A DNA stretch of 64,000 nt from Candidatus Yonathbacteria bacterium RIFCSPLOWO2_01_FULL_43_27 (GTDB lineage Bacteria > Patescibacteriota > Minisyncoccia > Phycocordibacterales > UBA1550), in contig MHUV01000003.1 in NCBI GenBank assembly GCA_001823545.1, positions 86,398 to 150,397 on the forward strand, given 5' to 3'. The notes below the pieces were generated by a model. That model saw only the letters and a list, made by a program, of their open reading frames with translations, ran no database searches and was not told where the DNA came from. This document shows positions 28,063-38,329 of the stretch, in pieces. The translations under genes and the position numbers were made by a program. Numbering within the stretch: position 1 is the stretch's first letter; the number at the start of each line of letters is the position of its first letter.

Positions 28063-28887
28063 TTATTCGTTTTCCTCAAACCCAAAAAATACTTTATTGC
28101 CAAAACGAAGGTCGACATACTGAAGTTTTTTTTCAGAAAAAGTATCGGGAGGAAACTGTACCGGAAGCGCTGAGAGAATATTGTACATGAGGCGTTCTGC
28201 CCCCTGCCCATCTTTGAAATAGAGCTCAGCGTCAACGAGTTCAGGATATAGTGTGCTCGAACGTACCACAACGCCGTACTGCCCTTCTGGCTTGATAAAA
28301 ATACGCGCAATATCACCAACTCCACGTTCAATACCATCTACAAGCGAATATGCAAACAAGAAACGTTCGGGAGGTACTACCGCGTGAAGAGGGGTGCCTT
28401 CATTTCGATATGCAAGTGGTGCATATACCTCACGATAGACCCCTTCTGAAAAAATTGGTGCGTGAGAAAAAACAAAACCTTGATCATCAATAAACCAACA
28501 TTCCGCAAGCGTCGGCATTTCTCCTTCAAATGTTTCTCCACACCACAACATAAACGGTTTTCTCTCAGCAACATCAATCACTATCGTATGTGCACCTTCA
28601 CGGCGAATGCTCACACTTTTAATGCGTGGAAATGTTTCTAAAATCTCTGTTTCTATTCCATTACGAGGAAAGATGAAGCTATTGTCGCGCGCATAAAGAA
28701 AATAGTAATTCCCTTCGAGCAGAGTACTAGTGAGTAACCGTACCTCATCTTCAGAGACCACTTGAACTCCCGAAACCTTAATAGTTGTAATACTCCATTT
28801 ACTATGTTGTGATGCCCCACCGAGCGCCACAGCAAACAAAACCACGAGAATTACCGCTGCTAAAATTTTGTAGAGAATGTGTAGCAT
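28063..28887 (-). CDS. Cell-division protein FtsQ/DivIB-like (POTRA domain)
   Basis: N-terminal TM (ILAAVILVVLFAVALGG) followed by a POTRA-like segment (ITTIKVSGVQVVSEDEVRLL). Confidence 0.5.
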   Translation of the reverse strand: MLHILYKILAAVILVVLFAVALGGASQHSKWSITTIKVSGVQVVSEDEVRLLTSTLLEGNYYFLYARDNSFIFPRNGIETEILETFPRIKSVSIRREGAHTIVIDVAERKPFMLWCGETFEGEMPTLAECWFIDDQGFVFSHAPIFSEGVYREVYAPLAYRNEGTPLHAVVPPERFLFAYSLVDGIERGVGDIARIFIKPEGQYGVVVRSSTLYPELVDAELYFKDGQGAERLMYNILSALPVQFPPDTFSEKKLQYVDLRFGNKVFFGFEENE

Positions 28888-28918
28888 TTTCTAGCAACAA
28901 ATAAAAAATATAATAAAG

Positions 28919-30181
28919 TTATTTAAGAACGTCTTTTCCGATATACTTCTTTAACACCTCAGGTACCCTGATTGACCCGTCTTCATTCTGATAGTTTTCA
29001 ATAAGCGCAATAAGCGGGCGTCCTGAAAGCGCCGTATTATTGAGCGAATGTGCAAATCGCATCTTGCCATCGTCGTCACGATAACGAATATTGAGACGTC
29101 GCGTTTGAAAATCATGGAAATATGACGATGAGTGTGTTTCGCGATACGTATTCTCAGAAGGTATCCATGCCTCAATATCATATTTTTTCACTTGCCCAAG
29201 ACCAAGGTCGCCACCACAGTTCACGACGACACGATACGGAAGACCGAGTGCTTGCATCAACTCCTCGGTGTTTTGCGTCAACTCCTCATGATATTTCACC
29301 GACTCCTCGTGTGATGCTTCACATAATACCACCTGTTCAAGTTTGTAAAATTCATGCACACGCATAATACCCTTCGTATCACGCCCGTGACTTCCTGCCT
29401 CACGACGAAATGCGGGAGAAAACGAAAGCATCTTGATGGGCAAATCTTTCTTCTCAATAGTCTCATCCATATAAAAGCCCATCGTAGCAACCTCGGCGGT
29501 ACCAGAGAGATACTCACCATCTTGCGTCTTATAGAGGTCTTCCTCACTCTGAGGCAAGTATCCCGTGCCGATAAATGGTTCACGGCGAATAAGTGACGGC
29601 ACGATCATCGGCACGAAACCACCCTTCTGTGCAAAGAAATCCTGCACAAAATTCCAAAGCGCAAATTGCAAAAGCGCACCATCGTTCATCAGGAAATACC
29701 CACGGAAACCTGCAACCTTAGTTCCGCGCTCGAGGTCGAGCATCTTGAGATTTTGCATAAGATCAATATGACTCTTTGGGGTAAATGAAAATTTTGGAGC
29801 TTCTCCCCACGTACGTGCCTCAGCATTATCAGCGTCGCTCGCACCCTCGGGGACCGACATATCAGGAATATTGGGCACCTGCACCATGAGTGCCTGCCAC
29901 TTTTTAATAGCCTCAGTAAGTTCTTCTTCTTTTTTTTGAAGAACATCTTTGAGTTCTTTTGATTCAGAAATAAGGCGCGCGCGCTCTTCATTACTTGCGG
30001 CACGAGGAACGAGATTTGCTGTTTCATTCTGCTTGCTCCTCATGACCTCAACCTCGGCAAGGAGTGCGCGACGAACGTCATCTGCAGAAAGTAGCTCGTC
30101 AACATTAAAATTGATGTGCTTTTTCAGTGCTCCTGCCGCCACGAGTTCTTTATTTTCGCGAATGAATTTGATATCTAACAT
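28919..30181 (-). CDS. serS: Seryl-tRNA synthetase
   Basis: MLDIKFIREN N-terminal coiled-coil arm. Class II core motifs (FRREAGSHGRDTKGIMRVHEF, GRPLIALIENYQ). Confidence 0.9.
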   Translation of the reverse strand: MLDIKFIRENKELVAAGALKKHINFNVDELLSADDVRRALLAEVEVMRSKQNETANLVPRAASNEERARLISESKELKDVLQKKEEELTEAIKKWQALMVQVPNIPDMSVPEGASDADNAEARTWGEAPKFSFTPKSHIDLMQNLKMLDLERGTKVAGFRGYFLMNDGALLQFALWNFVQDFFAQKGGFVPMIVPSLIRREPFIGTGYLPQSEEDLYKTQDGEYLSGTAEVATMGFYMDETIEKKDLPIKMLSFSPAFRREAGSHGRDTKGIMRVHEFYKLEQVVLCEASHEESVKYHEELTQNTEELMQALGLPYRVVVNCGGDLGLGQVKKYDIEAWIPSENTYRETHSSSYFHDFQTRRLNIRYRDDDGKMRFAHSLNNTALSGRPLIALIENYQNEDGSIRVPEVLKKYIGKDVLK

Positions 30182-30276
30182 AAAAGACAGTATACCAGAC
30201 GTCCGCACGCTGCGCAAAAAAACACCCACGACTTTTTAAATCGTGGGCTTATATCACCTCCATTTTTAATTTATTT

Positions 30277-31122
30277 TTATTTAACCTGAATGTACTCGCT
30301 CGCGACAATCCTGTACTCTTTAAAAAACTCCTCGGGAGTCAAGTCATCGATGACTGTTTCGACCTTGCAGTCGTAAAAGTCATATTTACTCACCAAGGGA
30401 TAGTAAATCCTATTATAAGCAAGACGTGTGCGCGGATTATCAACATTTCCGCCGGTCCAAAGCGTTACCGCTCTGTCCTTGCTACACTCGTTGAGCTTCT
30501 CAAGGATAGCGGGGTTTATTTCCCCCTTAATAAAGAGCGTCCCTTCAATACCACAGAAGACTCCGGGGAGTATCTCTCCCTTCGCAAGTTCTGCGACAGC
30601 CTTGGATCTGAGCTCGCGAGAGTGCAGAACCTCAAGTTTCTCGCGGACCTGCTTGCGTGTCCCCGTGATACCAAGATCTTTATTCACCTTCTGAAGAGTT
30701 GCCTTGTAGTCCTTTTTACCAGGATGGAGGTCGTGGAGAAAAATATTTGTAAGGTACCTTTTGGCACTCACTATAGAGAGAAGTGTCAGTGCCTTGTTCT
30801 CTGTGTTCTTGCTTCCTACGATCCTGTCGTAGTGACCAACAAGATCTGCAACTGTGTTGGAGGGCAATTGTATGTACCCCGTATTCCTCAAGTGCGAATA
30901 CGGGGCCGCGGACATACCAGAGGTGGCAAACCTCTCCGGTGTGTCAAACCAGAAAAAAATCACCGGTATACCACTCTCGATAGTTGCCACCACTTCCTTC
31001 TTGTTGGCGACAAAAGCCTCTACATCAACAAGAAGAATTTTGGCATCATCCTCAAAAAAGAAACCATCCACCTTTTCAAGATTTGACATAAGTGCTTGAT
31101 GAAGACCTATGATTTCTTTCAT
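30277..31122 (-). CDS. Hypothetical protein (281 aa)
   Basis: ORF between serS and dprA. No convincing motif was found. Confidence 0.4.
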   Translation of the reverse strand: MKEIIGLHQALMSNLEKVDGFFFEDDAKILLVDVEAFVANKKEVVATIESGIPVIFFWFDTPERFATSGMSAAPYSHLRNTGYIQLPSNTVADLVGHYDRIVGSKNTENKALTLLSIVSAKRYLTNIFLHDLHPGKKDYKATLQKVNKDLGITGTRKQVREKLEVLHSRELRSKAVAELAKGEILPGVFCGIEGTLFIKGEINPAILEKLNECSKDRAVTLWTGGNVDNPRTRLAYNRIYYPLVSKYDFYDCKVETVIDDLTPEEFFKEYRIVASEYIQVK

Positions 31123-31285
31123 TTTTTTCTCCCCAAGTTGTTTTTTTGAGCAAGCTCAGAAATACCATCTATATAAAGCATAGCTCTTTTTACTGTTTTT
31201 GTCAATACACTGTAATGGTTCAGATTTTGCTCATATTGAAGATAATTAATAAAATCCTCATAACAAACTATGGTATGATATTTCC

Positions 31286-32176
31286 ATGTCTTTTGCGCGC
31301 AATAAAGAAACTCGAAAGTTATCCGCTGACGAATTCCCTTCCTCGCTTCTTGAAATCCCCTGCCCTCCCTCTGAACTCTATCTTCGTGGCACACTCCCCG
31401 ACCCTGCACAATTTTACTACCTCGCTGTTGTTGGCTCACGCAAATACACTTCCTATGGACGAGAAGTTGCCGAGCGCATCATCGAAGGACTTGCTGGTTA
31501 CCCCATCTGTATCGTGTCAGGACTTGCGCTCGGTATTGATGGCATCGCGCATCAAACTGCTCTTGCAACAGGTCTTCCTACGGTCGCTATTCCAGGCTCG
31601 GGACTTTCTAATAGCGTCCTCTACCCACGCACCAACCTTGGCCTTGCGCACGAAATTCTAGAAAATGGTGGCGCGCTCCTTTCTGAATACCCTGACGATC
31701 TGCACGCGGCGCCATGGACCTTTCCTCAACGTAATCGTATTATGGCGGGAATTTCTGCGGGTACGCTCGTCATTGAAGCTGAGGAAAAATCCGGCACGCT
31801 CATCACGGCGCGTCTCGCCCTTGATTACAACAGAAATGTTTTTGCGGTCCCCGGTTCCATTTTTTCTGCACCCTCAAAAGGAACGAACAAACTTATCAAG
31901 CAAGGAGCGACGCCTATAACGAGCGCCGTGGAACTTCTTGAAGAACTTGGTCTTGTGGCACCTGTCACATTTACCACAGAACAAAAACAACTCGACCTTG
32001 AACTTTTTTCGCCCGACGAACAAGTGATTCTTCTCCTCCTCAACGAACCACGCGCTCGTGAAGACATTATGGCGTTATCAACCCTTCCCCCTGCGCGCAC
32101 CCTTTCCACTCTTACGATTCTAGAAATCAAAAATATCATCGAAGAACGTATGGGGAAAATAGAAAAACGTTCTTAA
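31286..32176 (+). CDS. dprA: DNA processing protein DprA/Smf
   Basis: AVVGSRKYTSYGREVA...IVSGLALGIDGIAHQTAL...GGALLSEYP...RNRIMAGISAGTLVIEA is the DprA Rossmann-like domain signature. Confidence 0.8.
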   Translation: MSFARNKETRKLSADEFPSSLLEIPCPPSELYLRGTLPDPAQFYYLAVVGSRKYTSYGREVAERIIEGLAGYPICIVSGLALGIDGIAHQTALATGLPTVAIPGSGLSNSVLYPRTNLGLAHEILENGGALLSEYPDDLHAAPWTFPQRNRIMAGISAGTLVIEAEEKSGTLITARLALDYNRNVFAVPGSIFSAPSKGTNKLIKQGATPITSAVELLEELGLVAPVTFTTEQKQLDLELFSPDEQVILLLLNEPRAREDIMALSTLPPARTLSTLTILEIKNIIEERMGKIEKRS

Positions 32177-32191
32177 TCTTCAAAAGATGTG

Positions 32192-32860
32192 CTATGTGTG
32201 CGTATGTCTCTTTCTGTATTTTTGTGCTGCAATCCCAATCAAAATAAATCCAACCACAAGCATCACAATAAAAAGCAAGCGATTATCTTCTATAAACGTA
32301 CTACTGAGATACACCGCCCAGATTGCAAATGGCAATTCAGAGATAAAAACCACTACCATATATTTTAGAAAAGGATACCGAACAATACCAAGGAAAAAAC
32401 TAGGGGCCTCCGACGGAAGTGCAAGTTTGATCAAAACAATATCAAGCATTTTCATTTCTCGCGTGATTAAACTTCCATATTTATTAATCTTTGCTGCAGA
32501 TATAAAGTATTCAATAATCTGTCTTCCTAAAAATCTTCCCAATCCATACAAAATCATCGCCCCGATAAACCATCCTGCCATCAGTAAAGCAATAGTAGCT
32601 ATTTCCCCCCATGCAAATACAGCCAATGGTATGGTGATAATACTGGTAAAAAAAATTGAAACCGCAGATAAAATCGAAAGTGCAAGAAATATATAAATAC
32701 TTGCAACAGGATGAAGCTCTATAGACGCTTTACTAAAAACAAGCGCTTTACTAATTACCTCAAAAAAATCAGAAAACAGCCACAAGAAAAAAACAAGGAG
32801 GGTAATTACTGAGAAAAATATAATCTTTGTTCGATGCATTTCATATATAGTATACGACAC
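32192..32860 (-). CDS. DedA/TVP38-like integral membrane protein (tentative)
   Basis: Multi-TM ORF. Weak resemblance to the DedA family, from hydrophobicity pattern only. Confidence 0.35.
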   Translation of the reverse strand: MSYTIYEMHRTKIIFFSVITLLVFFLWLFSDFFEVISKALVFSKASIELHPVASIYIFLALSILSAVSIFFTSIITIPLAVFAWGEIATIALLMAGWFIGAMILYGLGRFLGRQIIEYFISAAKINKYGSLITREMKMLDIVLIKLALPSEAPSFFLGIVRYPFLKYMVVVFISELPFAIWAVYLSSTFIEDNRLLFIVMLVVGFILIGIAAQKYRKRHTHT

Positions 32861-32942
32861 CCCACGTTCTTTCCCTATAACAAGAAGGACCTAACCACAT
32901 ATATATGCATGGTTAGGTCCTTGATAATAGGGAGAGGGGTTT

Positions 32943-33158
32943 CTACGAGGGACACCAGCGTCCACGCTTTACGAGACTTTCGGCGTCTGACTGTACGCGA
33001 ATATAAGAAGGTTCGTCACTCTGATCCCCTTTTCTAAAAAACTCTCTCATTCTTGAATCATAAAGAACATGTAGTCCCCCATTCCCGCCATAGCGGTTGA
33101 TAAGGCATTTCTGCGACTCTGTTTTTACAACGCTTTTTCCACCTTTGCCGGTAGGCAT
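32943..33158 (-). CDS. Small hypothetical protein (71 aa) with GKGGK / YGGNGG motifs
   Basis: SD AAGGAGG 4 nt upstream of the ATG. It is divergent from topA. Confidence 0.3.
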   Translation of the reverse strand: MPTGKGGKSVVKTESQKCLINRYGGNGGLHVLYDSRMREFFRKGDQSDEPSYIRVQSDAESLVKRGRWCPS

Positions 33159-33312
33159 ATGCCCTCCTTGGAAATATATTTTTTCTATTTTAAATTATTC
33201 CCTTTTATGGTCATTTTGTCAACAATGTGGTGTGGATAAATAATAAAGAAATAAAAAAATATTTACACCATATATTTGCAAAAAAAATCTGTTCGTAGTA
33301 CTACTAATGTAA

Positions 33313-35514
33313 ATGGCAACAAAAAATTACAAACTTCTCATTGTTGAGTCACCTTCAAAAGCAAAAACGATTGGCAAATATCTTGGCGACGAATATGTCG
33401 TGCGTGCGAGCGTTGGACACGTGCGCGATCTTCCTAAAAGCAATAAAAAAGCAATCGATATTCCTGCAGGGTTTGTTCCGCACTATGAAATTTCTAAAGG
33501 AAAAGCAGAAGTGGTACATGAAATAGAATCTCTTGCGAAAAAAGCAGATGAAGTCCTCCTTGCAACAGACCCCGACCGTGAAGGTGAGGCAATTTCATGG
33601 CACATTGCTGAAACGTGTGGACTTAAAAAACCACAGCGTATCGTCTTTCATGAAATCACCAAAAACGCAGTCGAGGAAGCACTCAAGCATCCGCGCGTAA
33701 TTGACGACAATCTGGTCAAAGCACAAGAAGCACGTCGCGTACTTGACCGTCTCGTAGGGTACGATCTCTCTGGCCTTATTTGGAAAAAGGTACGTTATGG
33801 TTTGTCCGCAGGACGTGTTCAATCTCCCGCTCTTCGTATCATCATGGAACGCGAGCGCGAAATTCGCGCGTTTGTCCCTGAAGCATACTGGACGCTCACC
33901 GCACGTTTTAAAACACGAGACGGAAACGAACTTGAAATGTCGTGCGTAGAAGAACCGCGCGAAGAATCAGTGGTTAAAAATATTCTCAACGTTGGGAGAA
34001 ACAGTCCGTGGTATATACGCGATGTAAAAGAGAGCGAGGTGAGCCGCGCACCAAAGGCTCCGTTCATTACTTCGACACTCCAACAAGCGGCAAGTTCGCG
34101 TTTTGGATTTGCACCATCACGTACAATGGGTATCGCACAAAAGCTCTATGAGCGCGGTCTCATTACTTATATGCGTACCGACAGCACGACCCTCTCCAAG
34201 GACGCACTTGGTACTATTTATGGAGAAATTACGAAACGCTACGGCAAGGATGCGGTATCCCCACGTACCTTTACAACAAAAAGTAAGAATGCGCAGGAAG
34301 CGCATGAAGCAATCCGTCCGACAAATATTTCCAAACACTCTATGGGTGTCAATCCTGAAGAGAAGAAACTGTACGAACTCATTTGGGCACGCACGATCGC
34401 GTCACAGATGACTGACGCAAAACTTGCCCGCACTACTATTTTGGCAAATGTAAAAGAAGGCGCTATCCCAAACTTTTCTATTACGGGCTCGCGCGTCATC
34501 ATTCCCGGATGGCTCGCTGCGGACCCAAACGCCCGCGGTGAAGATGTAGAACTTCCTAAGGTCGCCGTCGATGAAATGCTCACCCTCCTTGAGATTGCGG
34601 ACCAGGCAAAATTTACAGAACCACCCGGACGCTACTCGGAAGCAGGTCTGGTAAAAGAACTTGAAAAGCGTGGCATTGGACGTCCTTCAACGTATGCGTC
34701 TATTATTAAAACTATTGTTGACCGCGGTTATGTTACCAAGGAAGGCAAGGCCCTTAAACCTACCGACACGGGCGATGTGGTGAGTTCATTCCTCGAAAAA
34801 AACTTTGAAAACTACATCAGTGATTCTTTCACCGCAGAAATGGAAGACAAGCTCGACGATATAGCAAACGGCGACCGTGAGTATGTAAAAACACTCAAGG
34901 AATTCTACGGCCCATTTTCAAAAGACGTCAAAGAAAAAGATAAGCTTGATAAAATCACCACCCTTGGTGATGCCGATCCACAGCATACATGCCCTAAGTG
35001 TGGCGATGTAATGGTTATCAAGCTTTCGAAAAATGGTAAATTTCTTTCGTGTAAAAAATATCCTGAGTGTGATGGCGCACGCACTATTGATGGTACTGAA
35101 CTCCAAGGACCTCGCGATACGGGAGAACTATGTCCTAAGTGCGAAAAAGCTAACCTCGTAGAGCGTGAAGGGCGTTTTGGTCGCTTTATCGCCTGCGCGA
35201 GCTACCCTAAATGTAAATTTATTAAAAAGGACGAAACTGGCGCACTCGGCAACCACACCGGTGTCCCCTGCCCTGTATGCAAAAAAGGTTTTATGACCGA
35301 ACGCAAGGGTCGTTTTGGCATCTTTTATAGTTGTACCAACTACCCAGATTGTAAAAATGCCATCAAAGCACGCCCTACCGGCAACTACTGTACCTACAAG
35401 AAAATGGACGGCACTACCTGTGGCGCCCTCATGATGGATGGCACGAAGACCATCCCTGAAAGATGCTCAGACAAAACGTGTCCTATGCATAATCCGCACA
35501 AGCTCGCAAAATAG
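33313..35514 (+). CDS. topA: DNA topoisomerase I with multiple C-terminal zinc ribbons
   Basis: TOPRIM (LLIVESPSKAKTI, DPDREGE). Active-site region (ITYMRTDS). C-terminal CPKCG / CPKCEK / CPVCKKG ribbons. Confidence 0.92.
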   Translation: MATKNYKLLIVESPSKAKTIGKYLGDEYVVRASVGHVRDLPKSNKKAIDIPAGFVPHYEISKGKAEVVHEIESLAKKADEVLLATDPDREGEAISWHIAETCGLKKPQRIVFHEITKNAVEEALKHPRVIDDNLVKAQEARRVLDRLVGYDLSGLIWKKVRYGLSAGRVQSPALRIIMEREREIRAFVPEAYWTLTARFKTRDGNELEMSCVEEPREESVVKNILNVGRNSPWYIRDVKESEVSRAPKAPFITSTLQQAASSRFGFAPSRTMGIAQKLYERGLITYMRTDSTTLSKDALGTIYGEITKRYGKDAVSPRTFTTKSKNAQEAHEAIRPTNISKHSMGVNPEEKKLYELIWARTIASQMTDAKLARTTILANVKEGAIPNFSITGSRVIIPGWLAADPNARGEDVELPKVAVDEMLTLLEIADQAKFTEPPGRYSEAGLVKELEKRGIGRPSTYASIIKTIVDRGYVTKEGKALKPTDTGDVVSSFLEKNFENYISDSFTAEMEDKLDDIANGDREYVKTLKEFYGPFSKDVKEKDKLDKITTLGDADPQHTCPKCGDVMVIKLSKNGKFLSCKKYPECDGARTIDGTELQGPRDTGELCPKCEKANLVEREGRFGRFIACASYPKCKFIKKDETGALGNHTGVPCPVCKKGFMTERKGRFGIFYSCTNYPDCKNAIKARPTGNYCTYKKMDGTTCGALMMDGTKTIPERCSDKTCPMHNPHKLAK

Positions 35515-35538
35515 TTTTACGCGAACGCAACCAAAAAC

Positions 35539-35952
35539 TTATTTTTTCTTTGGCGCAGTACGACACGATACACAACGACAACCGTGTGGCTTGATGTATT
35601 CATCCACATACTCTTTTCCATAATCATACGTAAATTCATCACCAGTCTCAATACGTTTAATTGCTTTTATAAATACCCGCCCACCAATAATTTCCACTTC
35701 GCAATTTGGTTTACATGAATGGTTGATGTAGCGTGCCGTATTTGAGCGTGCGTTTCCATTGATCATTCGGTAACGACTCGTTTCAAACAAGTACTTCCCC
35801 GCTTGCGCATCAACCGCTTTCCCCGTCACCACCTTTCCCACGTATTCAATGATCCACGTACCACGTTTAACAGGCTCGTCAGCAAACAACCCAAGTCCCG
35901 TCGCAGAGCGTTTAATTTTATACGCAACAGTTCCTAATTTTGGTATTGGCAT
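35539..35952 (-). CDS. SET-domain protein (putative protein-lysine methyltransferase)
   Basis: SET signatures NHSCKPNC and EFTYDYG. Post-SET Cys cluster CRCVSC. Confidence 0.7.
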   Translation of the reverse strand: MPIPKLGTVAYKIKRSATGLGLFADEPVKRGTWIIEYVGKVVTGKAVDAQAGKYLFETSRYRMINGNARSNTARYINHSCKPNCEVEIIGGRVFIKAIKRIETGDEFTYDYGKEYVDEYIKPHGCRCVSCRTAPKKK

Positions 35953-36057
35953 AATAAAAATTACCTATCACTTTTTAATATAATGACCACACTATACATA
36001 AAAATTAAAAAAAATACACTATTTTTTACGACCATATTAGTATGATACAATTACGGT

Positions 36058-37569
36058 ATGAAAAAAATTTCGAAAAAACAGATACTGTGGGCAATCGCTA
36101 TAATCGGCATTGTTCTTCTTGGTGTTTGGTGGAATAGTCGTTCTTCAAACACAGAAGAGCAAAATACGACCACCGTAAAACGCGGAGATATTATCCAAGA
36201 AGTCAGCGTAACGGGACGAATTGAGCCTACCACGAGCGTTAAACTTGGTTTTGAAAAAAGTGGGCGAATTCAACATGTTTATGCGCGCACGAACCAAAAA
36301 GTATCACAGGGAGCACTTCTTGCAGAATTGGAGTCTTCATCCGCGCAAGCAAGCCTTCTAGAATACGAAGCACGTCTTGCCGAACTCAAGCGCGGTGCGC
36401 GCCCTGAGGAAATCACCATAAAAGAAACCGAACTCGCAAAATACGAGCAAGATCTTATCAATGCCTATAACGGAATCTCCGACATCGCAATTGATGCATT
36501 TAGTAAAGCTGATGATGCCCTTCATACAAAAATGACGGGGATTTTTTCTGGTTTTAAGACAACCTCGTATGATATTACCTATCCAGTATGCGACAGTCAG
36601 CTTGATAATGAGGTAATTATGCTCAAAAACCAAACTGAAATTGATTTTGATACATGGCGCACAGAAATGAATACGAACAATGGAGCACAAAGAACTAGTA
36701 CCACGGAACTCAATTTGCTTACACAAACAGAAAATCACCTAAAGGTGACCAAATCACTCCTTGAGGGTGTTAGCCGTACACTCACCCTTGATTGCACGAT
36801 TGCAAACACCGACCTCGACACCTATCGCACAAATATTAACGCAGCACGCACCAACATTAACACGGTTCTTGCAACCATCAACACCAAGAAACAAACGATT
36901 TCCTCTCTCACGCTCACCGCTATCAAAACAAGGACTGAACTCGCGCTTCTGAAGTCAGGAACTGCGCAAGAAATTATCCAAGCACAAGAAGCACGCGTTC
37001 TTGGAGCACGTGGTGAACTCGCTAAATACAAAATCTATGCACCAACTGGTGGCACAGTTATCACGATGGATGCACGGGTGGGAGAATACGCAAATGCATC
37101 GTCGCCACTCATTAGTATTATTTCAGATACGTCATTCGAAATAGAAGCAAATGTCCCCGAAGCCGACATCGCAAAAATCCATGTTGGCGACCAAGCAAAA
37201 ATTACTCTTGACGCATACGGAAGTGATGTATTTTTTGAAGGACGCGTCGTAACGATCGACACCGCAGAAACAATTATTGATAATGTTCCTACGTACAAGG
37301 TAACGCTCGCTTTTACCAAAAACGATACGCGTATCAAGTCAGGAATGACGGCAAACATTGATATCGCGACGGCACGAAAAGAAAATGTACTTTCAATCCC
37401 CCAGCGTGCGGTGATTAATAAAGATGGTCAAAAAACAGTTATGGTGGTTACCGGTACCGACACCACCACGGAGACAACAGTCACCACAGGACTTCGTGGA
37501 TCAGATGGCTCTATTGAAATTATTGAAGGAATTACCGAAGGAGCAATAATTATTACCGCGCCAAAATAA
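36058..37569 (+). CDS. Efflux pump periplasmic adaptor (HlyD/MacA membrane-fusion family)
   Basis: N-terminal TM, biotinyl/lipoyl-like hairpin flanking long coiled-coils, C-terminal beta-barrel. Confidence 0.75.
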   Translation: MKKISKKQILWAIAIIGIVLLGVWWNSRSSNTEEQNTTTVKRGDIIQEVSVTGRIEPTTSVKLGFEKSGRIQHVYARTNQKVSQGALLAELESSSAQASLLEYEARLAELKRGARPEEITIKETELAKYEQDLINAYNGISDIAIDAFSKADDALHTKMTGIFSGFKTTSYDITYPVCDSQLDNEVIMLKNQTEIDFDTWRTEMNTNNGAQRTSTTELNLLTQTENHLKVTKSLLEGVSRTLTLDCTIANTDLDTYRTNINAARTNINTVLATINTKKQTISSLTLTAIKTRTELALLKSGTAQEIIQAQEARVLGARGELAKYKIYAPTGGTVITMDARVGEYANASSPLISIISDTSFEIEANVPEADIAKIHVGDQAKITLDAYGSDVFFEGRVVTIDTAETIIDNVPTYKVTLAFTKNDTRIKSGMTANIDIATARKENVLSIPQRAVINKDGQKTVMVVTGTDTTTETTVTTGLRGSDGSIEIIEGITEGAIIITAPK

Positions 37570-37605
37570 TAGGTTTTTGTTTTCAAGCTCATCAATTTTA
37601 TTCTT

Positions 37606-38328
37606 ATGGCTCTCATTACTGTCAACAAACTTACCAAAGTCTATCGAGACGGACTAGTAGACACACCCGTTCTCCATGGGGTGTCTTTTGAGATTAAAAA
37701 GGGGGAATTTGTAGCTATTATGGGGCCCTCAGGATCGGGAAAATCAACCCTTCTTCATCTTCTGGGTTTTCTCGATAATTACACCGACGGAACATATATT
37801 TTTGACGGACAGGACGCACGGTCATATACAGGAGATGAAGTTGCACACATTCGCAATCAAAAACTTGGTTTCATCTTTCAATCATTCAACCTGCTTCCCA
37901 ATGCGAGTGTACTCGAAAATGTAAAGCTTCCCCTTCTGTATTCTGCTATTTCTGAAAAGGAGTGGGATGAGCGGGCACTGAAAGCCATAGCCTCGGTTGG
38001 TCTCAGTCATCGTGCTTCCTTTGACTCCACACAACTTTCAGGCGGAGAGCGTCAGCGTGTAGCAATTGCGCGTGCACTTGTTTGCGATCCTGAAGTTATT
38101 TTTGCTGATGAACCAACGGGAAATCTCGATTCTAAATCGGGGGGTGCGGTTATTGATATTCTACAAAAACTCAACGAAGACGAGGGGCATACGATTATCC
38201 TCATCACGCACGAAACACACACTGCAGAACACGCAAAGCGCATCATTCGCATCAAAGACGGACTGGTTGAGAGCGATGACATAATTAACAATCCTCATCG
38301 CGCAGGTGAAGTAACATTTGTAAAATAA
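37606..38328 (+). CDS. ABC transporter ATP-binding protein, MacB/LolD-like
   Basis: Walker A GPSGSGKST, signature LSGGERQRVAIARAL, Walker B IFADEPTGNLD. Confidence 0.85.
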   Translation: MALITVNKLTKVYRDGLVDTPVLHGVSFEIKKGEFVAIMGPSGSGKSTLLHLLGFLDNYTDGTYIFDGQDARSYTGDEVAHIRNQKLGFIFQSFNLLPNASVLENVKLPLLYSAISEKEWDERALKAIASVGLSHRASFDSTQLSGGERQRVAIARALVCDPEVIFADEPTGNLDSKSGGAVIDILQKLNEDEGHTIILITHETHTAEHAKRIIRIKDGLVESDDIINNPHRAGEVTFVK

Positions 38329-38329
38329 C

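Noticed and set aside
30277-31122. HAD-family phosphatase assignment for the 281-aa ORF (segment GIEGTLF)
   Set aside because: The segment does not satisfy the DxDGT motif I spacing and no motifs II-IV were found. I left it as hypothetical.
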